A stretch of 39,105 bases of DNA from Patescibacteria group bacterium. GTDB taxonomy: Bacteria; Patescibacteriota; Patescibacteriia; UBA2196. The notes under the pieces were generated by a model. The model was not told where the DNA came from, ran no database searches, and saw nothing but the letters and a program-made list of their open reading frames with translations. The position numbers and the translations under genes were made by a program. Shown here in pieces: positions 32,124-39,105 of this stretch; position 1 is the first letter of the stretch; the number at the start of each line of letters is the position of its first letter. Location of the stretch: positions 1 to 39,105 of the forward strand of contig JBDRGZ010000068.1 in the NCBI GenBank assembly GCA_043817345.1, written 5' to 3'.

Positions 32124-32757
32124 AGAGAATAGTGCAGATTATATTGGTTATATTGATGATGATATTGTTCTTGATGAGAAAGCCGTTTACGAGGAGGTTT
32201 CCTTGCTTAATAATGATAGAAATATCTGGGCAGTCTTTGTTGATTCATTTCCTTTGCCTTGCGAGAAAAGTGTGGGGTGGTGGGCTCGAACCGTTTATAA
32301 CGCAATGACAATAAGAACTAGATATAAACTTTTAGCAAAACGATACGATTTATTAATCGGCAGATGTGTTCTTATTAGAAGAGAAAAAATGCCATTTATT
32401 CCTGAAGATATTGTAAACGAGGATCAATTTTTAGATTATCTTTTGTATCCGCATGTTAAAAAAGTTGATAAAGCACTTGTTTATTACGAAGGTATATATA
32501 GTATTAAAAAATATTTTCAAAGAGATGTGAGAATTACTATGGGACGTATGCAACTCAAAACAGAATTACAAGATTCTATTACAAATCTCGTTGACGTTGG
32601 TAGGAGCAAGGCTATAAATTATAAAAAATTATTTAAATTATCAAAAAAAATAATAATACTTTATGTTATATATAGACTTATATATAAAATTTCTAAAATT
32701 ATGGTTAGTATTTATTTAATCATTAATAATAAACCACAATGGAAAAGGACAAATTAA
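32124..32757 (+). pseudogene. 5'-truncated glycosyltransferase family 2 gene abutting the tRNA-Trp 3' end
   Basis: The reading frame begins mid-domain at YIGYIDDDIVLDE (DxD region) and continues with ...LIGRCVLIRRE...NEDQFLDYLL. About 90 N-terminal residues are missing, and the track's N-terminus is a translation of the tRNA. Confidence 0.55.
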
Positions 32758-33200
32758 AAAATAAAACAATAATTAAAGAAAAAGAAGCAGGCGGTGTTTT
32801 GTACAAAATCAAAAATGGCAAGGTGCTATTTTTGATTATTCATAGAATTAAACAAGATGACTGGTCTTTACCTAAGGGGCATGTTGAAACGGGAGAGACA
32901 CTTAAAGAGTGTGCTCTTAGAGAAATTAAAGAAGAAACTGGATGGTATGGGAAAATAGTTTCAAAGCTTGGCGTTATGAATTATACACATCAAGATAAAA
33001 ATAAGATAAGAAATGTATTTGTTACTTTTTTTCTAGTTAAACCTGTTAAGAGAGATAAGTCTTATATGTTTATTGATGAGGTTAATAAATGTAAATGGTT
33101 TGAGTATAATAAAAAATTATTAGATATAATTACCTACCCATCTCAAAAATCATTAATCCACAAAGCTTTTAAATATATAAAAGAAAATGAAAAAAGTTAG
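32739..33200 (+). CDS. NUDIX hydrolase
   Basis: Nudix box: [22 protein letters not shown]. Confidence 0.85.
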   Translation: MEKDKLKNKTIIKEKEAGGVLYKIKNGKVLFLIIHRIKQDDWSLPKGHVETGETLKECALREIKEETGWYGKIVSKLGVMNYTHQDKNKIRNVFVTFFLVKPVKRDKSYMFIDEVNKCKWFEYNKKLLDIITYPSQKSLIHKAFKYIKENEKS

Positions 33201-33246
33201 TAAAATCATTATTATCATTTAGCATATTTTCAACTATCATTAATAT

Positions 33247-33996
33247 ATGATTAAAAACAATCAAACTACAATACAATCAATTAAAATCAATAATAAAGTT
33301 ATTGCTGATTTTTGTTATAAAAAAAACGATAATTCAATAGAGCCATATATTAAAGGATTTACAAAACAATATAAAGAATTAATTAAATTTTTTAATAAAC
33401 AGCCATTAAAAATAACAATTAACTTTGTTTATACCAGAAAAGAGATGAATAAACATTGGGGAGTTAAAAGTAGAAAACGACTATGTGCTATGGTTGATAA
33501 CGATAATGTGTATGTTATATACATATTTAGCCCTTTAGTTTTTGAAAAATTAACCATATACAAACAAACAGAAATATTACCTACAATAATTCATGAAACA
33601 GCTCATACATTTGTCACTGAAATTAATAAAAAAAGTTTTGCGTGGATGAATGAAGGTATTTGTCAATATCTAGAAAAACAGAATAACCAAGATAATGTTA
33701 TTAAAAAGAAAAATTGGGAGTGGTTTATAGAAAACAACATCTTTTTTGATCCTGATATAAAATGGAGTAAACAAGTAGAGTATGATGGCTATAAAATATC
33801 ATATAACTTAGTAAACTATATTTTAAAAACTAAAGGTAAAAATAAATTTATTAAGTTATTAAAGATTAGACGGGAAGGTGGTTTAGAGGAATTAAAACAA
33901 AAAATGAATAAAGTCGTTGGAGATATGGATTTATTGTTAAATAAATTTAGTCAGAAATTAAAGTTAGTAAATAAAGCTAAAATGGAGTTGAATTAA
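33247..33996 (+). CDS. Hypothetical HExxH protein (peptidase MA-like)
   Basis: IIHETAHTF followed by WMNEGICQYLE, a possible third zinc ligand. Confidence 0.45.
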   Translation: MIKNNQTTIQSIKINNKVIADFCYKKNDNSIEPYIKGFTKQYKELIKFFNKQPLKITINFVYTRKEMNKHWGVKSRKRLCAMVDNDNVYVIYIFSPLVFEKLTIYKQTEILPTIIHETAHTFVTEINKKSFAWMNEGICQYLEKQNNQDNVIKKKNWEWFIENNIFFDPDIKWSKQVEYDGYKISYNLVNYILKTKGKNKFIKLLKIRREGGLEELKQKMNKVVGDMDLLLNKFSQKLKLVNKAKMELN

Positions 33997-34826
33997 CAAA
34001 TGAAGAGGCGACTGAATTTGCCACGATTTTTTTAAGACAATAAATAAAAAAATCTGACTCAAAATAAGTCAGATAATATAAAACAATAACCAAATATGCT
34101 ATCTCTATAAAAAGTTAAACAATTATTAGGTGATGAAGATAAAAACCACACAAAAGAAAAAATAATAAAAAAAAATTATTTAATATTTTTTTCTTATAAA
34201 TCTTTCTTTTTTATTTTTCTTAGCTTGTTGTAGACAAAGGGAAACCCTGTCAATTTTAGTTAATTGATTTTTTACTAGCATATTGGACTTTCTTCGGGTC
34301 TTCCTAAAATGTTTTTCTTGAGCTTGGACACCTATTTAGAGGCGGTGTCACCCCAGATTTATTATCTCAATCGTATCCGTATTAAATCGAGCGGAAGTTT
34401 CAAATGTTGAAACGGATTATAAAATTAAGTTTCCATTGACGGTGTAATAATAGGTTTCCCTGTTCATTATCACGCTTAATTTCTCTTTAATGTCGTCTTC
34501 TTTTGTTCTACGACGTTTGGGTGAAGTTTCATGATTTTGGTTATTTAGCACAATGGTTACCCAATATGTTTTCTTATTATGTTTATGACATGATGACTGT
34601 TAGGGACATTACTGAGTTTTACTAAACAGATTTATATCAATTTGTTTTATATTAATTATTATCATTCAGAGGATAAAATTGCTTCCTTTAATTCAGCTAT
34701 TAATTTATGTAGTAAAAGTTCTAACTTCCTCTCTCTATCCCTGAATGACAAAATTTTCCCTAAAATTAGGGAATTTTTTGATTGGGGCAGAGGGAGGCTA
34801 GAACTAAAATGCTTTTAAATTTTAAG

Positions 34827-34870
34827 TTATCCACACAAAATATTGACATTTTATTTAAAAAAGGTATACT
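34827..34870 (+). promoter_or_regulatory. Promoter with an upstream TTATCCACA box
   Basis: TTATCCACA (34827-34835), 7 nt, TTGACA (34843-34848), 16-nt spacer, TATACT (34865-34870). The leader carries the hairpin GAAGCCAC-N8-GTGGCTTC (34901-34924). Confidence 0.5.
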
Positions 34871-34950
34871 AAAGACAGATATTCATCCTGTTGCCTCGGT
34901 GGCAGGACGCGAAGCCACTGTAATAGGTGGCTTCTGCAATTTATATATAC

Positions 34951-35221
34951 ATGAATAACAAAAGAATAAATATCTACATAGATGGATTTAATTTGTATTA
35001 TTGTGCTTTAAAAGGTACAAAATACAAATGGCTCAATGTTGAAAAACTTTGTTCTTTATATTTTAAAAAATTTGATATTAATGAAATAAAATATTTTACA
35101 GCAAATGTTAAGTGTGGTAAAATATACAAAGATGATTAGAGAAGGTGCTTTAGGCGCTTCGCAATTTCCAAACGAATTTGAAGACGAAAACGGCACAATC
35201 AGAAAACCATATTCTTGGTAA
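34951..35221 (+). pseudogene. NYN/LabA-like nuclease gene remnant (internal deletion plus frameshift)
   Basis: N-terminus MNNKRINIYIDGFNLYYCALKGTKYKWLNVEKL stops at 35137-35139. A C-terminal-like peptide, EGALGASQFPNEFEDENGTIRKPYSW*, follows in the +1 frame (35141-35221). Confidence 0.5.
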
Positions 35222-35313
35222 AATTGGTTCTAACATCCTCCACGAGCCCCTGCCAAAAAATGCTCATAAAATTGTTATGGGTATTTTTTGATTTATGATA
35301 TAATTAAACCAAT

Positions 35314-36555
35314 ATGATCAAGAAGGAAAATGATAAAATTTTAAACTTTGCTCCAGATTTTTTATGGGGAACTGCCACATCAGCTCATCAAATTGAAGGT
35401 GATAATTTTAATTCTGATTGGTGGGCTTTTGAAGAGAATAAAGAGCTTAAACATGCTTCTTTAAAAGCTTGTAATAGTTATGAATTGTGGAAAAAGGATC
35501 ATTCTTGTATTGATCAAATGAATAATAACGCATATAGGTTATCAATTGAATGGGCCAAGATAGAACCACAAGAAGGTAAGTTTAATCATGATGCTATGCA
35601 TCATTATGTAGAAATGATATCAGATTTAAAAGCTAAAAACATTAAAGTAATGCTTACTTTACATCATTTTACTAATCCTAATTGGTTTTTAAATAAAGGG
35701 GGATGGGTAAGCTTTAAAAGTGTAAAATATTTTAAAAGATATGTTAAATATGTTTTAGAACATTTAGGTGGATTAGTAGATTTTTGGATCACAATTAATG
35801 AACCAGGAATTTATGCAGATCTAAGCTATCTAAAAGGCAAATGGCCACCTAAATTAAAAAGTCCTAAAAAAGCTTTTCTTGTATATATTAATATGGCTAG
35901 GGCACACAAGATGGCATATAACCTGATTCATAAGACATTAGAAGATCCACAGGTTGGATTTGCAATGAATGTGCATTCATTTGCCTCATATCATAAACAC
36001 AGATTAATTGAGTTGCTATATGTACATTTGGCAGATAGATTTGTAAACCATTCTTTTTATGATTTAACAAAGAAAAAACACGATTTTTTAGGAATCAATT
36101 ACTATTTCCGAGTACGGTTGAAAAAAGATGAAGGAAGTATGAAGCCTGTGGTAGAAAAGATTAAGGAAACAGAGAGAGAACTGTCTGATTTAGGTTGGAT
36201 GATTTACCCACATGGAATATTTGATGTTTTAATGGATCTTGAAGATTTTAAAACCCCAATATATATTACTGAAAACGGGATAGCTGCTCAAGATGATGAG
36301 AAAAGGCAAAGATTTTTAATTGAACATTTAAAAGAAATTCATCATGCAATTCAAGCAGGAGTAGATGTGCGAGGATATTTTCATTGGTCTTTATTAGATA
36401 ATTTTGAATGGGCAGACGGTTTTGATCCTAAATTTGGTTTAGTTGAAGTAAATCTTAAAACATTTGAACGCAAGTTAAAAACTAGTGCTAAAATGTATTC
36501 AGAGATCGCAAAAACAAATTCTTTAGATGAAAGAAAACTAAAAAGTATCACCTAA
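35314..36555 (+). CDS. Beta-glucosidase, glycoside hydrolase family 1
   Basis: FLWGTATSAHQIEG, TINEP (acid/base Glu), YITENG (nucleophile Glu), WSLLDNFEW. Confidence 0.9.
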   Translation: MIKKENDKILNFAPDFLWGTATSAHQIEGDNFNSDWWAFEENKELKHASLKACNSYELWKKDHSCIDQMNNNAYRLSIEWAKIEPQEGKFNHDAMHHYVEMISDLKAKNIKVMLTLHHFTNPNWFLNKGGWVSFKSVKYFKRYVKYVLEHLGGLVDFWITINEPGIYADLSYLKGKWPPKLKSPKKAFLVYINMARAHKMAYNLIHKTLEDPQVGFAMNVHSFASYHKHRLIELLYVHLADRFVNHSFYDLTKKKHDFLGINYYFRVRLKKDEGSMKPVVEKIKETERELSDLGWMIYPHGIFDVLMDLEDFKTPIYITENGIAAQDDEKRQRFLIEHLKEIHHAIQAGVDVRGYFHWSLLDNFEWADGFDPKFGLVEVNLKTFERKLKTSAKMYSEIAKTNSLDERKLKSIT

Positions 36556-36556
36556 G

Positions 36557-36720
36557 TAAATTATTCTAATTAACCTAATTACTCTAATTATTCTAAATAA
36601 TAACCAGATCCCAATAAACTAAATAAATTAAAATATAAAATATTTTTTTGGCACATTAGTTATTAGGTATTGGGATTTATTTAGGTTAATTAGTATAATT
36701 AGAATAATTAGTTTAATTCT
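36557..36720. repeat. Complex AT-rich inverted/direct repeat region
   Basis: ATTATTCTAATTA, CTAATTAACCTAA and ATCCCAATA on the left recur reverse-complemented on the right (TAATTAGAATAAT, TTAGGTTAATTAG, TATTGGGAT), around a centre near 36640. Confidence 0.55.
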
Positions 36721-36722
36721 TT

Positions 36723-37688
36723 ATGTCCTGGCTAATAATAACAATTTTTGCTTATCTATTAAATGCTGTTGCAGCAGTGATAGACAAGACAATGCTTAAG
36801 AAAAATATCTTAAGCCCTATTAGTTATACATTTTCTATTGCTGTATTAGGAGGTGTTTTAATGCTATTAGTTATTCCTTTTGGTTTTGGAATACCTAGTA
36901 GATTAACTTTAATTGTTTCATTAATAGCTGGTGCAGCTTTTGTTTGGGCTTTAATATTGATGTTTAAAGCTTTAGAAAAAGATGATGCTACTAGAGTAGC
37001 ACCCATAATAGGCGGTTTAGTGCCTGTTTTTGTTTTCATATTTGCTTGGTATGTTTTAGAAGAGTCTTTAACTGGTAATCAATATTTTGCTTTTATATTT
37101 TTAATTATTGGTACATTCTTAATATCTTTAGATTTTCAAAAACATGGAGCTTGGGCTTGGTTGAAGAATAAGTTCGGGATGAAAGGTAAAATAGCTTTGC
37201 CACAGATACGTAAAACATTATGGCTTGCTTTTCCAGCCAGTTTATTATTTAGCATATCTCATATTTTAACTAAGTTTGTCTATTCTAACACAGAATTTCT
37301 TACTGGCTTCATATGGACACGTTTAGGTAGCTTTTTAGCTATTATGTTGCTTCTCTTATCTATTAAGAACAGACAAATCATTAAAAGAGACTTTAAGAAG
37401 AATAAGAAGCAACCAAAACAAACTAAAACTGCGGGTGTTAGATTTTTCTTTGGTCAATTGTGTGGAGGTGGGGGAGCTTTGTTATTACAATATGCAATAT
37501 TTTTAGGTTCAGTAACTTTAGTCAATGCCTTACAAGGAGTTCAATATATTTTTATATTTTTATTAATTTTATTATTTACCACAACTTTACCAAAATTAAT
37601 TAAAGAAAAGTTTACCAAAGAATTAGTTATTCAAAAGGTTATTGCAATATTAATAATTGGTATAGGCCTATATCTAATAGCTTACTAA
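36723..37688 (+). CDS. DMT-superfamily (EamA-like) membrane transporter
   Basis: About 10 TM helices in two-repeat organisation. The family call is tentative. Confidence 0.6.
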   Translation: MSWLIITIFAYLLNAVAAVIDKTMLKKNILSPISYTFSIAVLGGVLMLLVIPFGFGIPSRLTLIVSLIAGAAFVWALILMFKALEKDDATRVAPIIGGLVPVFVFIFAWYVLEESLTGNQYFAFIFLIIGTFLISLDFQKHGAWAWLKNKFGMKGKIALPQIRKTLWLAFPASLLFSISHILTKFVYSNTEFLTGFIWTRLGSFLAIMLLLLSIKNRQIIKRDFKKNKKQPKQTKTAGVRFFFGQLCGGGGALLLQYAIFLGSVTLVNALQGVQYIFIFLLILLFTTTLPKLIKEKFTKELVIQKVIAILIIGIGLYLIAY

Positions 37689-37691
37689 GGT

Positions 37692-37841
37692 TGTCATCCT
37701 GAGCGACTTTTAAGGTCGCTAGGAGCCGAAGGATCTGTTTTTTTGTAAAAACTTTCTCTTTCTGTTATCCTGAACTTGTTTCAGGATAAAACAAATTAGA
37801 GAAATAAGAATGTTAAATCCCGAAATAAATTCGGGATGACA
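37692..37841. repeat. Family-A composite element (variant with three hairpins)
   Basis: TGTCATCCTGAGCGACTTTTAAGGTCGCTAGGAGCCGAAGGATCTG, then TTATCCTGAA-CTTGT-TTCAGGATAA (perfect 10-bp stem), then TCCCGAA-ATAAA-TTCGGGATGACA. The termini GTCATCC/GGATGAC are inverted. Confidence 0.8.
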
Positions 37842-37889
37842 AGGAATATAATATTTAGCTGACGAATTAAAAAGTCTTAATAAAAATAT

Positions 37890-38618
37890 ATGAAGTATCC
37901 AGCCTTATCAATTATAATCCCTTGTTATAACGAGGAAAAATTAGTAGCTAAGTGTTTGTGGCATATTTTAAAACAGACTGTCTTGCCTGAAGAAGTAATT
38001 TTTGTAGATAATAACTCAACAGATAAGTCTATAGAAATAGCTGAGGGATTTATAGATAAATTTAAAGATGTTGGGGTTGAATTTAAAATCTTAAAAGAAG
38101 AACAACAAGGTCAAACATTTGCTCGATTAAATGCTTTTTCAAAAGTTAAAAATGATTTAATTGGTTCTCTTGATACAGATACTTTAATTTCTAAAGACTG
38201 GGTAAAGACTGCTAAAGAAATTTTTAGTAAAAAAGAAAACATAATAGCAATTAGTGGTCCTTTCTATTTCTACAACTTATCTATTTTTTCTAAAATACAT
38301 TTTTTCTTTGTTTTTCTAATGTATTCAATTTTTAAACCAACATATATACTTTGGGGTGGTAATGTAGTTTTTAAAAAACAAATATATGAATCTATTGGTG
38401 GACTAGAAGGTTGTGAAGTAATGAGAAAAGAATTAAAATTAAAACAACCCTCTGATGATGTGTTTTTAACTGAAAAATTTAAATTAGTTGGTAAAGTTAA
38501 ATTTATTTGGAAACTAAAAGCAAAAGGCCTTTCACGTTATGAAAAAGGAAGAACTTCAGAAGAAACTTCTGCTTTTTTTAAAGTTAAAAAATATATTAGA
38601 AAAAAATACAAAAAATGA
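37890..38618 (+). CDS. Glycosyltransferase family 2
   Basis: LSIIIPCYNEE...FVDNNSTDKS...SLDTDT. Confidence 0.8.
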   Translation: MKYPALSIIIPCYNEEKLVAKCLWHILKQTVLPEEVIFVDNNSTDKSIEIAEGFIDKFKDVGVEFKILKEEQQGQTFARLNAFSKVKNDLIGSLDTDTLISKDWVKTAKEIFSKKENIIAISGPFYFYNLSIFSKIHFFFVFLMYSIFKPTYILWGGNVVFKKQIYESIGGLEGCEVMRKELKLKQPSDDVFLTEKFKLVGKVKFIWKLKAKGLSRYEKGRTSEETSAFFKVKKYIRKKYKK

Positions 38619-39105
38619 AATCAAAAAAAACAAAACTCCACTATATCATATTTTTTACAGTCTTAATTATTTTTTTATTTCTTTTGATTTTATGGAATTG
38701 GGATTTTAGTGAAAAAGATAAAGAAGTTGTTTGGGGTGCAACTTTTTCCAAGTTACAAGCAGAGGAATTAGGATTAGATTGGGTAGTTGTTTATGGGACA
38801 ATGATAGATGAGTTAAATTTAAAAGTCATCAGGTTGCCAATTTATTGGCCTGATGTTGAACAAAAACCAGGTAAATATGATTTTTCTAGTTATGGCTGGA
38901 TGATAGAAAAAGCAGCTGAAAAAGATATTGAAGTTATGCCTGTTTTAGGTAGAAGAGTTCCTAGGTGGCCAGAGTGTCATGTGCCAGAGATATATATGGA
39001 TTTGTCTGAAAAGGAAATACAAGAAAAAATCTTTAATTTAATTGAAGCAGAAATAAAATATTTTAGAAAGTTTGATAATATTAAAAAATGGCAAGTAGAT
39101 AATGA
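38615..39105 (+). CDS. Membrane-anchored glycoside hydrolase-like protein (TIM-barrel type), N-terminal part; runs off the window
   Basis: ATG 38615 overlaps the previous stop (ATGA). A TM anchor is followed by IRLPIYWPDVEQKPGKYDF..., typical of the GH5/GH42-like N-terminal strand pattern. Not in the ORF track because it has no stop in the window. Confidence 0.5.
   Translation, partial: MKSKKTKLHYIIFFTVLIIFLFLLILWNWDFSEKDKEVVWGATFSKLQAEELGLDWVVVYGTMIDELNLKVIRLPIYWPDVEQKPGKYDFSSYGWMIEKAAEKDIEVMPVLGRRVPRWPECHVPEIYMDLSEKEIQEKIFNLIEAEIKYFRKFDNIKKWQVDN

Noticed and set aside
34396-34414. GTTTCAA-ATG-TTGAAAC palindrome as a CRISPR repeat
   Set aside because: It is a single occurrence, with no repeat-spacer periodicity anywhere in the window.
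7569-34835. TTATCCACA boxes as a replication origin
   Set aside because: The boxes are spread over about 27 kb as single copies rather than clustered. No dnaA/dnaN or AT-rich unwinding-element arrangement is present.

Overview
AT-rich (roughly 30% GC by eye), tightly packed bacterial window. The gene content suggests a small-genome, fermentative, CPR/Patescibacteria-like organism; that placement is inference. From left to right the window contains:
- the secA 3' end
- an acetate/ATP module (pduL, ackA, a two-gene 2-oxoacid:ferredoxin oxidoreductase)
- recJ and rnhA
- a heat-shock supercluster (CIRCE-hrcA-grpE-hsp20-dnaK-DUF3467-dnaJ)
- dus and cysS
- a glycan cluster (three GT2 genes plus an O-antigen-ligase-like gene)
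- holB, frr, rseP, proS, a D-Ala-D-Ala carboxypeptidase, tpiA and fba
- a tRNA/rpmG cluster
- an accessory-looking right end: truncated GT2, NUDIX, an HExxH protein, an ORF-free stretch, an NYN pseudogene, a GH1 beta-glucosidase, a DMT transporter, GT2 and a partial glycoside hydrolase.

The unusual signals are in RNA genes and repeats, not in protein systems:
1. A complete tRNA-Thr(GGU) gene lies inside the D-arm of a second tRNA-Thr(GGU) gene that is otherwise perfectly foldable.
2. There are two alanine-identity (G3:U70, A73) tRNA-like genes with the identical loop CUUGACA. One is a 71-nt RNA resembling only the tRNA-like domain of tmRNA. The other is a class-I tRNA with anticodon UGA.
3. 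Each of these two genes sits next to a promoter-plus-terminator-defined ~80-nt candidate sRNA whose 5' end is complementary to that loop/stem.
4. Several families of GC-rich palindromic mini-elements are scattered through the window. Many are inserted in frame inside conserved genes (secA, tpiA, dnaK, dac, dus, GT2, O-antigen-ligase-like) or supply the stop codon of the upstream gene.
5. Perfect TTATCCACA 9-mers occur only in intergenic DNA, three of them just upstream of -35 boxes.
6. The tRNA-Trp locus shows rearrangement scars.

No CRISPR array, rRNA, intact transposase or recognisable defence operon was seen.
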